Assembly: GCA_965601925.1 (NCBI GenBank)
Contig: OZ271854.1
Coordinates: 2,528,001-2,592,000 of the forward strand
Source of the DNA: Alkalispirochaeta sp.
GTDB taxonomy: Bacteria > Spirochaetota > Spirochaetia > DSM-27196 > Alkalispirochaetaceae
Length of the DNA: 64,000 nucleotides
Direction of reading: 5' to 3'
Shown in pieces: positions 23,042-41,335 of the stretch (positions are counted from its first letter, which is position 1; each line of letters begins with the position of its first letter). The notes beneath the pieces are model-generated. The model was not told the origin of the DNA, ran no database searches, and saw nothing but the letters and a program-made list of their open reading frames with translations. Position numbers and translations under genes: made by a program.

Positions 23042-23182
23042 TTGACTGGGGAGGAGGTGATTTGATAGGGTGCGTCTCACGCCGCAGGGATGCGGTGGTC
23101 GGAGAGAGGCGCGAGGGCACGCAAGAAGCGTGTAAGAAACGCTTGTGAGTAGTTGACACTACTTGGGGGAGTTTGGTAGGAT
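23042..23182 (+). promoter_or_regulatory. Tandem rRNA promoters (P1/P2)
   Basis: TTGACT(23042)-18-TAGGGT and TTGACA(23153)-18-TAGGAT, with an AT-rich tract upstream. Confidence 0.55.
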
Positions 23183-23263
23183 ACGCGCCTGTCACAACAA
23201 TGGTGCAAGAGATATGAGACGCGTGCGGGAGCATGAGGGATCGTATGCGCTTTTGAAGTGACG

Positions 23264-23275
23264 AGCTCTTTTACA
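23264..23275 (+). promoter_or_regulatory. rrn leader boxA-like antitermination element
   Basis: AGCTCTTTTACA; a second copy TGTTCTTTAACA lies at 25239-25250 in the ITS. Confidence 0.6.
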
Positions 23276-23356
23276 TGGCAAGGGAAGGGAAGGACGCGTA
23301 CAGGAGAAGCGGGTCTCATAAATGAGACACAGAGCGTCCCTTCGGGGACGTAGTAT

Positions 23357-24898
<1,542 letters not shown>

Positions 24899-25064
24899 CT
24901 ACGAGAAAGGTCACATCGGCTCAACCGGTCGTTCTGCGATCGTGCCGATGCATGTGATATCACGGTTTCGTGATATCAGAGGGGCCGTCGGCCCCGGGAG
25001 TACGACCTCGGTCGTCCTCCCACCCCGCTTCTCCTGCGTCCTTCCTTTTTTACCCATGACAGAT

Positions 25065-25138
25065 GGGGGTATAGCTCAGTTGGCTAGAGCACTAGATTTG
25101 CATTCTAGGGGTCAAGGGTTCGAGTCCCTTTACCTCCA
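25065..25138 (+). tRNA. tRNA-Ala(TGC)
   Basis: Cloverleaf GGGGGTA…TACCTCCA, G3:U70, anticodon arm CTAGA-TTTGCAT-TCTAG, GGTTCGAG T-loop; CCA not encoded. Confidence 0.97.
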
Positions 25139-25381
25139 TATATTCATCCGTTGTGTTATTATGTGACTTCGACGGATGAACCGGCACATGTTCGATGTGT
25201 TGTAATTGGGTGACGGCGTTAACACGTACGTGCTCAGTTGTTCTTTAACAGTGAATAGGGAAGGGAAGAAGGAAAGCGAACGCGGAGTGTGCATGCGGAA
25301 GCATGCATATGAGATACGCAGGAGTGCGTATCCGGTACACATGCGAGTGTGTATGAGATAAGCGTCGTGAGAGACTCATAT

Positions 25382-28316
<2,935 letters not shown>

Positions 28317-28431
28317 ATGAGGCCTCTCAGGACGCTTATCATACGCCGCATTCCTTCCTTCTTCCCGTTCGTATCCCGGCACCGACGCCGCGATGATACG
28401 AACTACCTATCAATTATCGTGTCTATTACAC

Positions 28432-28543
<112 letters not shown>

Positions 28544-28551
28544 GTTTTTTT

Positions 28552-28590
28552 TGGTCTCGTGGTCCCGCAGGGACCGGGAGACCATAAAAG
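28552..28590 (+). terminator. Hairpin after 5S (rrn terminator candidate)
   Basis: TGGTCTC-GT-GGTCCC-GCA-GGGACC-GG-GAGACCA with a T-run before and an A-run after. The U-tract favours the minus strand, so direction is uncertain. Confidence 0.5.
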
Positions 28591-28906
28591 GATATCAGAC
28601 GGCGACCGTGCCAGCTGTGTACCGCAGGGACACCGTCTCGAGGAACGTACGCATTAGGGGGTGAGCAATAGCGAACCCCTCGTCGCCCCAAGCATTCGGC
28701 TACCGAATGCGGAGCCTGAGCGATGAGCGAAGGAGACGTTTTTTTATGCCCAGACGACAGGATGGGCATAAAAAACGTATGGGAACCCCGTTCGCGTACC
28801 GCAGCGCACAGTACGAGGAACGCGAACTTCTGCCCCATGCACTCGGCATGCCCAGTGCGGAGTCCGGGCCGGAGGCGCGGAAGACGGTTTCACAATCTGT
28901 AACAAC

Positions 28907-29815
28907 ATGGAAAAAAGACTAGTTTTTTCGGGCCCGGAACGACACATTCAACTGGTGAGGGCGTTCGTAGTCATGATCGCTCTCAATACATCGCCGTTGT
29001 ACGCTCAGAGCATAATGGAATCCGTGCGCGCCGTTGAAGGTCGCCTGGACGCACGAGTCGGTGTATTTGTTCTAAATACCGGGACAGGCGAGACGTTCGC
29101 CCATCGAGCGGATGATCGTTTTCCGATGAATAGCACGTTCAAAACGCTGGCTTGTGCAGCGTTGCTGGCGAAGGTCGATGGTGGCGAGATCTCTTTGTCG
29201 GACGTCGTGATCTTCACCTGGGACGATATCGTCCCGTATTCCCCGGTGACAACGTACAGAGTCGGTGTGCCGGGCATGACGGTGGGCGAAATTTGCCAAA
29301 CGACTCTCGCCGTGAGCGACAATACGGCGGGCAATCTCGTGTTGGAGGCAATCGGTGGCCCCGCCGGGTTGACGGCGTTCCTTCGATCTGTAGGCGACGA
29401 TGTGACACGCTTGGATCGTTGGGAGACAGCGCTTAATGAGTCCACACCCGGCGACGAGCGCGACACGACAACGCCAAGAGCAATGGCGCACACTATGCAG
29501 GCGCTTGTACTCGGTGACGTGTTATCGCCGGATTCGCGTCGGCGGTTGGAGGATTGGATCGTCGGCCACGAGCTGGGAGATGCTCTCATCCGCTCGTCGG
29601 TTCCGGCTTCCTGGAGAGTTGGTGACCGAACCGGAGCGGGTGGGTACGGCTCGCGATCCATTGCAGCTATCATGTGGCCCACCGACCGCGATCCTATTGT
29701 AATGACCGTGTATATCACCGAGACGGAAGCGTCATTCAATGAACGTAACGCCGCCATTGCGGAAATCGGCCGCGCTGTCGTCAGCTCAATGGTCGAAATC
29801 GATGAATATTACTGA
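28907..29815 (+). CDS. bla: Class A serine beta-lactamase with RTG triad
   Basis: FPMNSTFK (SxxK), SDN, DRWETALNE (E166/N170), RDTTTP, DRTG; signal peptide ending LYA-Q. Confidence 0.93.
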   Translation: MEKRLVFSGPERHIQLVRAFVVMIALNTSPLYAQSIMESVRAVEGRLDARVGVFVLNTGTGETFAHRADDRFPMNSTFKTLACAALLAKVDGGEISLSDVVIFTWDDIVPYSPVTTYRVGVPGMTVGEICQTTLAVSDNTAGNLVLEAIGGPAGLTAFLRSVGDDVTRLDRWETALNESTPGDERDTTTPRAMAHTMQALVLGDVLSPDSRRRLEDWIVGHELGDALIRSSVPASWRVGDRTGAGGYGSRSIAAIMWPTDRDPIVMTVYITETEASFNERNAAIAEIGRAVVSSMVEIDEYY

Positions 29816-29926
29816 GTCTGTCATGATGCATTGCGGCCTACCCGAGAGTTCCTTAAGAGGGCGGCTCGGCGTCGATCTCCGCTCTTTGTATGCCCCATGC
29901 GTTATCGCTTGTACGGGTTAGCAGGG

Positions 29927-30550
29927 CTACTCGTCGCCAAGTAACTCCTCCAACCCCATCGCTCGGAACAACCCGGGAACTACCATATTGGAGAACCAAT
30001 ACGCCATGGCTACCGCAGAATCGCGCTCGTCCCGGCATATCCACCATCCGGCGGTTGATACCGCCGCGCCGGCTAAGTACTGAGCAACGAGATCGGGATC
30101 AACCGAGTCGGGTGCAAGGTCGCGCAAACTGGCGTGTTGCGTTTTTGAGATTTGGGCGACGTCACGGCGGAGGAGAAACTCAACGGGCGCCCCCCGGGGA
30201 TCGGCGAAGACTAATCGGTACGTTTTCTCATGCTTCTCGACATGGGCAAAGAGGGGGTAACTCAATGGTCTCCCTTCCGTCAGCAACGTAGCGGGCTCAA
30301 GGGCGCTCTCGCCGCCGATGACGCCGGGAAACTCTTTTCGATAGTCCTCGCGTAACGCTTCGTAGAGCGGCTCCCACGCCTCTCGATAGTGAAGGTAGAA
30401 GGTCGATCTCCCGACGTTTGCGTGGTCACTTACATTTTGCACGAGGAGTGCGTCCCATCCTCCCTTTAAAAGCACCGCGATCGCCGCGTCCCGAAGGGAT
30501 CGTTTCGTTCGTTCAATCCTTCTATCCCGACTCACACCGTTGTTGGACAT
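29927..30550 (-). CDS. TetR/AcrR-family regulator
   Basis: DRRIERTKRSL, ANVGRSTFYLHY HTH; divergent from the hydrolase gene. Confidence 0.88.
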   Translation of the reverse strand: MSNNGVSRDRRIERTKRSLRDAAIAVLLKGGWDALLVQNVSDHANVGRSTFYLHYREAWEPLYEALREDYRKEFPGVIGGESALEPATLLTEGRPLSYPLFAHVEKHEKTYRLVFADPRGAPVEFLLRRDVAQISKTQHASLRDLAPDSVDPDLVAQYLAGAAVSTAGWWICRDERDSAVAMAYWFSNMVVPGLFRAMGLEELLGDE

Positions 30551-30622
30551 CTGTTTAGAATCATACACCCTTCTGAGACTCGATAATACACCGTGACTAT
30601 TGTGTTGCCAGGAGGAAAGCAG

Positions 30623-31594
30623 ATGAAAAGCTGGCAACGTATCCCCACGCACGGGGAAAAACAACACTACATCGACCGCATCGAGTGGCACTGGTATCAG
30701 CGGTTCTTACCCGAGTCGTGGCGGCTCTCAGGGACGTCCATGCCGCGGGAGGAGTGGGCCGAGGTGGAGGGCTGTGAGGTTCACATCGACCGTCTACCGC
30801 ACCCCGACCCATCTTGTACGGTTATGCTGCTGCACGGCGGAGGCGGCAACGGACGGGTGCTCATGCCCCTCGGACGTATGGCGCATCGCGCCGGCGCGGA
30901 GGTTATCGCTCCGGACCTTCCGGGCTACGGTCTGAGCGTACGAACGAGAGGCTATGTCCCCACCTACGACCATTGGGCCGATATCGCCGCCGCGATTGCC
31001 GACGAAGAGCATCGCCGGACGGGACGACCCGTCGTAGTGTGGGGTTTAAGCCTTGGAGGACTCTTGGCCTACGGCACCGTCGCCCGTAGCGAGGCCGTAC
31101 ACGGCGTCATAGCGACGACACTGTTGGATACTCGGAAGGCTAAGAATCTGGCAATTACCGCGCGGTCCATGCTCATGGGCTACCTCTCTGCGGCCTTCTT
31201 GCCGATCCTTCCGCGTCTCTTGCAACGCTTTCGGATTCCGATCCGCTGGGTATCCAAGATGGAGCACATTACCAACACGCCGGAACTCAGCGCGGTCTTT
31301 TCTCGCGATCCCCTTGCGGGCGGCGCTTCGGTGCCGTTGGGGTTTCTACGAAGTCTCATGCGCTTCGATCTTCGTATCGAGCCCGAAGAGTTCACGCGGT
31401 GTCCCGTTCTCGTAGTCCATCCCGCCATCGATCCATGGACGCCCGCCTCGCATTCGAGGCCCTTCTTCGACGCCCTCGCATGCGAAAAGGAGTGGATCGA
31501 CCTCGCGAGGTGTGGGCACCTGCCGTTCGAAGAACCGGGCGCGAGCGCTATGGAGGAGGGAATCGGCCGCTTCCTCGGACGCATCGCGCGGTGA
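30623..31594 (+). CDS. Alpha/beta-fold hydrolase
   Basis: LLHGGGG, PDLPGYG, WGLSLGG nucleophile elbow, DP and GH catalytic motifs; SD GGAGG. Confidence 0.88.
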   Translation: MKSWQRIPTHGEKQHYIDRIEWHWYQRFLPESWRLSGTSMPREEWAEVEGCEVHIDRLPHPDPSCTVMLLHGGGGNGRVLMPLGRMAHRAGAEVIAPDLPGYGLSVRTRGYVPTYDHWADIAAAIADEEHRRTGRPVVVWGLSLGGLLAYGTVARSEAVHGVIATTLLDTRKAKNLAITARSMLMGYLSAAFLPILPRLLQRFRIPIRWVSKMEHITNTPELSAVFSRDPLAGGASVPLGFLRSLMRFDLRIEPEEFTRCPVLVVHPAIDPWTPASHSRPFFDALACEKEWIDLARCGHLPFEEPGASAMEEGIGRFLGRIAR

Positions 31595-32079
31595 GATCGC
31601 GAGGGAAAGAATCCACTAGTGACGGGGCGTCCCTCTCCGGACGCCTCGTCGCTCGACAGCGTGTCGCGCGGCGGGACGCCGTGACGGAGCACTGGTCCGC
31701 GCGTCCCCTATCTTCTCTCGATTGTTACCCCCTCCCTTCGTTCAGTATAGTTTCGAGCGCGGCTGGTGTGCGCAAGGCGTCGACAAACGGCGGTCGGGCG
31801 GAATGATCTCCGCTTGTCTCGGTATGGGTGACCGCCTCTCTCATTCTGCGCGGCTGACGTTGAATCGTGGTCGCGGACATGGTTGCGGGTTTTGGTTCCC
31901 GTCGCCCGACCGCGGCGTACCGAGTCATATGGTCGGCAATCGGCCCCGCCCGTGCCGTTCGGACCTCGGAGACGATATAGGTTGCGGTGATCGCTCTGCG
32001 TACGATTCGTCGCGAACCCGCTTTGTTCCTCACATACGGTCCCTGGCGCGATATCTTAGTGCTCTTTATACTTAACGGC

Positions 32080-33639
32080 GTGAGTATGCGCGAGCGATCG
32101 AAACGCATGGTACGCGGACGGGACCGAGAACGAGAGCGCTTGGACGACTTGAAATCATACCGCATCGTCGGAACTCCCGCAGAGCGTGATTTCGACGACA
32201 TTGCAGACGTTGCGGCGTCTTTGGCTCATGTCCCGATGGCCTACGTGAGCTTCGTCGATGAAACAAATCTTTGGTTTAAGGCGGCTCACGGCTTTGACGC
32301 CGTATCGATGCCGCGTGAGAAGACCTATTGTCAATATGTCGTTCTCGGCGGCCGGCCCGTCGTTATCTCCGATACACGGCTGGATACCGAACACACCCCG
32401 GAGTCCGACGAGGGAGGACTTGCCGAGATGATTCGGTTCTATCTCGGCGTGCCGCTCATGTCCAGGCGGGGTCTCGCATTGGGTTCTCTATGCGTCGTCG
32501 ATACTCAACCGCGCGATGTTCCCGATGGCCTCGTGGAGCTCATTACCAAGCTTGCGCGTCAAGTCTCGGCGCAGCTCGAGCTTCGTAAGACGAACATGAC
32601 CTTGGCTGAGGAGCGCGATACGTTTTCGGTGCTCTTCGAGGCCGCCCCTGCACCGCTCTTGTTAGTTCGCGACGACGTTATCGTTCGTGCAAATCGCGCG
32701 TTTACCACGTTGTCGGCCGAGCCGTCGTCGACACAGTTGGAGGCCCGGTCGACGCGCGCCTTCTTTGCAGCGCTCCCGACAGAAGAGGGCACGCCCATCG
32801 AGACGAGTGTGACGAGTCGCACCGGCGAGCCGATTCCGGCGCTTGCATATCTCACTCGCCTGTCGAAGGGGGACGATACGTACGACTTGATAGCCTTCAC
32901 TGACATTCGTGACAGAAAAGCGAAGGAACACATGCTTCGCTCTCAGCGTGTGAAGGCGGAGAATGCCAATCGAATTAAAGACACGTTTTTGTCCCTTGTT
33001 TCCCACGATTTGAAGTCACCGCTCTCGGGGATCTTCTCCATGCTCGATCTTCTCGCGAAGGAAGGCGATTCTTTTACAAAAGAGGAACGGGACGAAGCCA
33101 TTCGCGAGCTCCGCTCTTCGGTGGCAATTTCGGTTGAGATGATTAACCAACTTCTTAATATCCATCGTCTGCAGAGCGGATATGTGGAGGTCGATTGCAC
33201 CGATGTGGAGGTTCGTACACTCATCGAGCACATCACGCTCAGTCTCAGTAGTCAGATCCGCGAGAAGGCGCTCCATATCGAGCTCGATATCGATCCGTCG
33301 TTGACGGTCTACGCCGACATGAACCTGTTTCGTGAGGCGATCTTCAATCTCGTGAGCAACGCGATCAAGTTCTCTCCCGATGAAGGACATATCTACGTCG
33401 GGGCGGTCGGCGCATCGGTGTGGATCGCCGACGAAGGGGTCGGAGTGCCGGCGGAGGATCGTGAGCACCTATTTCGGCAAGAGATCAAAACCAGCCGTCC
33501 CGGCACACGGGGAGAACCGGGAACGGGGCTCGGTCTGCCGCTCACAGCCGACATTATGAAGGCTCACGGCGGGCGCGTGTTTTTGGATGAAGACTACACG
33601 CCCGGCACGCGTTTCGTACTCGAGCTGCCGGATCGATGA
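32080..33639 (+). CDS. Cytoplasmic GAF-PAS sensor histidine kinase
   Basis: GAF (FDDIADVA, RFYLGVPL, GSLCVVD), SHDLKSPL H-box, NLVSNAIKFS, DEGVG, GTGLGL. In-frame GTG 7 nt after TATACT. Confidence 0.88.
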   Translation: MSMRERSKRMVRGRDRERERLDDLKSYRIVGTPAERDFDDIADVAASLAHVPMAYVSFVDETNLWFKAAHGFDAVSMPREKTYCQYVVLGGRPVVISDTRLDTEHTPESDEGGLAEMIRFYLGVPLMSRRGLALGSLCVVDTQPRDVPDGLVELITKLARQVSAQLELRKTNMTLAEERDTFSVLFEAAPAPLLLVRDDVIVRANRAFTTLSAEPSSTQLEARSTRAFFAALPTEEGTPIETSVTSRTGEPIPALAYLTRLSKGDDTYDLIAFTDIRDRKAKEHMLRSQRVKAENANRIKDTFLSLVSHDLKSPLSGIFSMLDLLAKEGDSFTKEERDEAIRELRSSVAISVEMINQLLNIHRLQSGYVEVDCTDVEVRTLIEHITLSLSSQIREKALHIELDIDPSLTVYADMNLFREAIFNLVSNAIKFSPDEGHIYVGAVGASVWIADEGVGVPAEDREHLFRQEIKTSRPGTRGEPGTGLGLPLTADIMKAHGGRVFLDEDYTPGTRFVLELPDR

Positions 33640-33654
33640 GTATACATTCCGCAA

Positions 33655-33690
33655 TAAAAAACCCCCGACGCGTTGTACGCCGGGGGCTTC
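33655..33690 (-). terminator. Rho-independent terminator of the pyruvate oxidoreductase gene (possibly bidirectional)
   Basis: Minus strand GCCCCCGGCGT-ACA-ACGCGTCGGGGGT plus T-run. Confidence 0.75.
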
Positions 33691-33743
33691 TGCATCTCGT
33701 ATCGAGGTGATAGTCCCGACGGCAGTCGACCGTCGGAACGGAA

Positions 33744-36956
<3,213 letters not shown>

Positions 36957-37044
36957 CTGTCTTCCTTTAAAACCAGGATTTTCGCCGTCTATCCCGTCCG
37001 TCGGGGTAAGATGCGAATGATTTGTAGGGAGATTTTTCAACCCC

Positions 37045-37073
37045 ACTATAGCCGCTTTTACCGGATCGTGCAA
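37045..37073 (-). promoter_or_regulatory. Sigma70 promoter of nifJ
   Basis: Minus strand TTGCAC-17-TATAGT. Confidence 0.6.
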
Positions 37074-37179
37074 GCGTGGACGAGCGCGTTGTTGATTTGT
37101 TGTACCCGATTTCACGATAACGACGAGTGCGGTGAACGCCGACGCCCAAAACGAACGTGAGTCGCGTCGGTCCGACGCG

Positions 37180-38847
37180 TTATTCGTACAGAAGCCTCTG
37201 ATAATCGAGCGTCGCGAAGGCGCGCAGCACGACATCGTCGGAATCGGGCGGGTCGGGCCGGGACGGCTCTTCTCGGCGATCCGTCTTCACGATGTCGTCC
37301 AGACGTCCGGCAAACCCCGCGAGTCCGAACTGCTCCGCCACCGCAGCCTCTCCGGACTCCGGCGATCGGTCAAACGCCGAGTCGAGGCGGCGAAGGAGGT
37401 CGCGATTGAGAGCGGCTACCTGCCGTCGAAAGCCGTCGTCGGCGCGCAAGTCCTTGAGATACGTGTATTGCATATGGGGCATGAGAAACGAGAAGTCGAT
37501 CGTGTCGGCGCTTACCATCTCGTCGACCTCGTGGTGGAGACGTTCAATAACCTCCGTCGAGAGCGATGAGGCGAGTCGGTCTATCCGCTCGGTGTATCGA
37601 AATCGCAGGAGCGCCTGAGGACCCGACAACGACGGACTCGTTGAAGGCACCGCAATACGACGATAGAACGCATGGGGCCACCGTTCATACAACGGCTCTA
37701 TATCGGTCAGAACGTCGAGATGTCGTGCGATCAACGGTTTTGCTTGGAGAAGCGGCGCTATGAACTGATATCCGAACCCCTCCTGCACGGAACTCGAGAT
37801 GATTGCATCCGCGGTCGCCTGCAGCTCGGAGAAGGTGACACCCGCCTCGTCGAGGCTGCCTCCGATGCCCCACAGCCCGGGAATGGTGCCGTCTCGAAAA
37901 GCGTGACGTACCATCTGGGAATAGGCCTTTTCCGCTTGCGAGACGCCGGGAAGCGTCACAATGAGCGACGACGGCTCCTCACCGAGCATTACGATCAGCG
38001 CCGCCTCGAAGATGTTTTTGCGCCGTATCGTTCGCACCGGATAGAGAAACAGTCTATGATCCGGAGAGAAGTAGGCGAACGTTTTGTCGAACGCGTTCGC
38101 GAGTCGCTTCCGGATATGCCTGCGCGATTCCGGTTGTCCGTCGCCTCTCGCATCGGTGGAAACGCGAACCGGGTTGGGAAGATACGTCGCGTGGTCGATT
38201 CCGGCACGTTGCAATACATCTCTATCCCGGGAGTTGATCGTTACGTACGTCAGGTTGGGCCGGTTGGGATACAGGCGCTCGATTCCCGCTTGACGCAGAA
38301 ACCGAAGGTTGCTGTACCGTCCGCACTCGGGGAAGTCATGGATATGAAGGATGATGCGTTGATCCGGCGCCCGCCGCGAGACGGCGATCAGCGCCTTGGT
38401 GAAGGCCGGGTTCTTTCCGAGGTGGTGGTTATGGACCCACCATACGCTATCGGGCCCTCCCCAGCGCTCAAGAAGTGTATCGGCAAGGCGTCGAGACAGG
38501 ATCGCGGCGCCCGCGCTCACGTCCTCGGAACGTACCCGACCTACGGGGCCCGGCGACTCCTCCGACGCGGCGTCACTCCTCTCCGTCGTATCACCGGCGA
38601 CCGTGTCGGATTTTTCCGTGGAGCCCTCGGCAAGTTCGGCGAGGCGTTGACGGGAGGTGTAGCCGATCTCCGGTAACACCTCCACGCGTACGCGTTTGCG
38701 TAGCACGTCGGCGCTCTCCTCGCTGCCGGAGACGACCACAACCGAATCAACGACACGACTGTAGCTGTCTATTGCCTCCGCCATCGCGTCGATGACCCCC
38801 GTCACACCACCCGGAAGAACGTGGTAATGAAACACAACAAGCTGCAC
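37180..38847 (-). CDS. GT-B (GT4-like) glycosyltransferase
   Basis: HYHVLPGGVTGVI, HNHHLGKN, HIHDF, PVRTIRRKN, SSVQEGFG. Confidence 0.8.
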   Translation of the reverse strand: MQLVVFHYHVLPGGVTGVIDAMAEAIDSYSRVVDSVVVVSGSEESADVLRKRVRVEVLPEIGYTSRQRLAELAEGSTEKSDTVAGDTTERSDAASEESPGPVGRVRSEDVSAGAAILSRRLADTLLERWGGPDSVWWVHNHHLGKNPAFTKALIAVSRRAPDQRIILHIHDFPECGRYSNLRFLRQAGIERLYPNRPNLTYVTINSRDRDVLQRAGIDHATYLPNPVRVSTDARGDGQPESRRHIRKRLANAFDKTFAYFSPDHRLFLYPVRTIRRKNIFEAALIVMLGEEPSSLIVTLPGVSQAEKAYSQMVRHAFRDGTIPGLWGIGGSLDEAGVTFSELQATADAIISSSVQEGFGYQFIAPLLQAKPLIARHLDVLTDIEPLYERWPHAFYRRIAVPSTSPSLSGPQALLRFRYTERIDRLASSLSTEVIERLHHEVDEMVSADTIDFSFLMPHMQYTYLKDLRADDGFRRQVAALNRDLLRRLDSAFDRSPESGEAAVAEQFGLAGFAGRLDDIVKTDRREEPSRPDPPDSDDVVLRAFATLDYQRLLYE

Positions 38848-38962
38848 AGGCCGTCCTTTCAGCTCCGTAAGCCGGAAGAAAGCTCCCGGAAACGCACGGA
38901 GTCGTAAATCGGCGGTCTCGACGAATTGCGGGACACCGCTTCTCTGTCCTATTCTTGTGGCT

Positions 38963-40744
38963 ATGGACGCTGTTGTAAAGCAACTAATAGAGGTGCTCTA
39001 CCCGAACGAGCCGGATGCGGCGGATCGGGTGTTGGAGTTGGTGGAACGGTACAAGCCGACGATCGCCCGGCAACGGGAACGGTTCTCCGACGCCGTCGGT
39101 GATTTTCCGCTCTCTGCCGACGATGCGATCCTCATCACCTATGGGGACACCTTTCGCGGCGACGATGGCAAGCCCTTGGGGTATCTCTTTCGCTTTCTCG
39201 ATGAAGTGTGCGAGGCGACTCTGTCGGGTGTGCACATTCTACCCTTTTCTCCGTACTCTTCCGACGACGGGTTTTCGGTGATTGACTATACGGAGATCAA
39301 CCCGGACCTCGGAACGTGGGACCACATTGAGACGATAGCCGGCGAGTTTCGCCTCATGGCCGATTTAGTGCTGAACCATTGCTCGGCGGAGGGTCCGTGG
39401 TTTCAACGTTTTCTCAAAAACGAGGAGCCCTATAACGAGTACTTTATCAGCGCCGACCCCGACAGCGACTACAGTATGGTCGTGCGTCCCCGCGCGCTAC
39501 CGCTGTTGACTCCGTTCGACACCACCGACGGCGTTAAGCACGTGTGGACGACCTTTAGCGCCGATCAAGTCGATCTCAACTGGAACAACGTGCGAGTAAT
39601 GCTGGAGATGGTGGAGATCTTCCTCTCCTACCTGGCCCACGGTGCACAGGTCGTGCGCCTCGATGCGATAGCCTATCTGTGGAAGGAGATCGGTCACTCG
39701 AGTATCCACCACCCCCACACGCATCGAATGGTGAAGTTGTTTCGCCGCGTCATGGAGCTTGCCGATCCCCACAGCATTCTCATCACCGAGACCAACGTTC
39801 CCCACGCGGAAAACGTCTCGTATTTCGGCGACGGCGACGAGGCGCACATGGTCTACAACTTCTCGTTGCCGCCGTTGCTCCTCGAGGCGGTTACGCGCGG
39901 CGACGCCGGCCACTTGAGCCAGTGGGCGGCGGGTCTCGAAGATCCCGGACCGGGAGCGAGCTACTTCAATTTCTGCGCGAGCCACGACGGCATCGGACTC
40001 ACACCGACGCACGGAATCCTCTCCGACGACGAGCGCGATAAGCTCATCGCCGCCGTGTTGGAACGCGGCGGCCGCGTCTCTTATAAGGCGACGGCATCCG
40101 GGAAGATTCCCTACGAGATGAACGTGAATTACCTCTCGGCCTCGGCGGACCCCAACCTTCCCGACGCTCAACGCGCCCGGATTTTTCTCGTGACGCAAGC
40201 GGTGATGCTCGCCATGGCCGGCGTTCCGGGAATATACGTACATAGTCTGATCGGCTCGCAAAACTGGACGGAGGGTGTCGAGGAGACCGGTATGAACCGG
40301 ACGATCAACCGGGAGAAACTCGATTTCGAGACGATCAAAGCCGAGTTGGAAGATGAGGAAAGCCTGCGTAGCATCGTCTTCACCGGATACAAGCACCTTC
40401 TTCGCGCCAGAGCCGACGAGGCGGCTTTTCATCCCCGTAGTCCGCAGCGAGTCGTCGAGAGCGACCGGCGACTGTTCGTGCTCGCGCGTGGGCCCTATGC
40501 CGAACGGGACGCGCAACACGGCGAGGGGCGCCCGAACGAGCGGGCATCGTCCGGCCACGTGCTCGCCATTCACAATCTCTCCGGCGACATCGTCGAGTTT
40601 CGCGACCGTAGGGATCGCTACCCATGGCGCGACGACGGTGTCGTGCGCGATCTCATCAGCGACGACTTGGTGTATCCCGTCTCGGACGGGGCGCTCTTTT
40701 CACTGGAGTTAGAACCGTATGAGGTGATGTGGCTCCAGTTTTGA
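38963..40744 (+). CDS. GH13_18 sugar phosphorylase, glucosylglycerate phosphorylase type
   Basis: LITYGD, HILPF, SSDDGF, DLVLNH, WTTFSADQVDLN, RLDAIAY, ITETNVPH, ASHDGIG, PYEMN, NRTINR. Confidence 0.88.
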   Translation: MDAVVKQLIEVLYPNEPDAADRVLELVERYKPTIARQRERFSDAVGDFPLSADDAILITYGDTFRGDDGKPLGYLFRFLDEVCEATLSGVHILPFSPYSSDDGFSVIDYTEINPDLGTWDHIETIAGEFRLMADLVLNHCSAEGPWFQRFLKNEEPYNEYFISADPDSDYSMVVRPRALPLLTPFDTTDGVKHVWTTFSADQVDLNWNNVRVMLEMVEIFLSYLAHGAQVVRLDAIAYLWKEIGHSSIHHPHTHRMVKLFRRVMELADPHSILITETNVPHAENVSYFGDGDEAHMVYNFSLPPLLLEAVTRGDAGHLSQWAAGLEDPGPGASYFNFCASHDGIGLTPTHGILSDDERDKLIAAVLERGGRVSYKATASGKIPYEMNVNYLSASADPNLPDAQRARIFLVTQAVMLAMAGVPGIYVHSLIGSQNWTEGVEETGMNRTINREKLDFETIKAELEDEESLRSIVFTGYKHLLRARADEAAFHPRSPQRVVESDRRLFVLARGPYAERDAQHGEGRPNERASSGHVLAIHNLSGDIVEFRDRRDRYPWRDDGVVRDLISDDLVYPVSDGALFSLELEPYEVMWLQF

Positions 40745-40770
40745 TCTCGTCGCGCCGAATGAATCTATAG

Positions 40771-41307
40771 GTGATGCCGGTACATAGAAGCGAGTTTGTA
40801 CACGCCGCCCGCCGCGTGAAGATCGGTGGATTCCGGCGCCGACTACGGATCTCTCTGTCCGTCGCGATGGTGATTGCATGGGCGATCGTACCGGTTGCGG
40901 CGCAGGAACGCGTTGCCGAAGAACCGATGCCTCCCGACGCATTGGAGCCCCCTGCATGGCCGCGTTCCACGCGAGTGTTTCGTTCGCCGGAGCCCTTCTC
41001 ATTGAACGGTTACGACGCGCGGCAGGCGACGGCGATGATCCGTCGCGCTGGTTTGCTCGTTCGCGGCGGCGACACCGCATCGCGGGAAATTATCGTGGTG
41101 GACGCCGTCCGTGCCGTCCGTGGAGAGATCATCGACGAATATCCGCCGCTCCATCGACAACGATGGGACATCCTCCTCAACGGCGCGCCGATCGATTGGG
41201 ACGATACCTACATTGAATACGGCGGGCAGTTGGTGAATCTGCAACTGCTGTTTACCTACCGCAACCAACGACCGGTTCCGCCGGTTCCCTTTGTGCTCGA
41301 TCGATAG
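40771..41307 (+). CDS. Exported hypothetical protein
   Basis: ORF directly after the phosphorylase; hydrophobic signal-like segment ending VAA-Q. Confidence 0.5.
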   Translation: MMPVHRSEFVHAARRVKIGGFRRRLRISLSVAMVIAWAIVPVAAQERVAEEPMPPDALEPPAWPRSTRVFRSPEPFSLNGYDARQATAMIRRAGLLVRGGDTASREIIVVDAVRAVRGEIIDEYPPLHRQRWDILLNGAPIDWDDTYIEYGGQLVNLQLLFTYRNQRPVPPVPFVLDR

Positions 41308-41335
41308 ACGTTGCGCAGGTCGCGGCGCCCGAAGT

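Noticed and set aside
28736..28778. Inverted repeat ACGTTTTTTTATGCCCA…TGGGCATAAAAAACGT upstream of bla as an IS end or attC site
   Set aside because: No transposase, integrase or matching distal repeat; more likely a terminator-like hairpin.
36957..37235. 93-aa N-terminal extension of PFOR in the ORF track
   Set aside because: The SD and promoter point to ATG 36956 (MPKKFITLDGNEA), the normal NifJ N-terminus.
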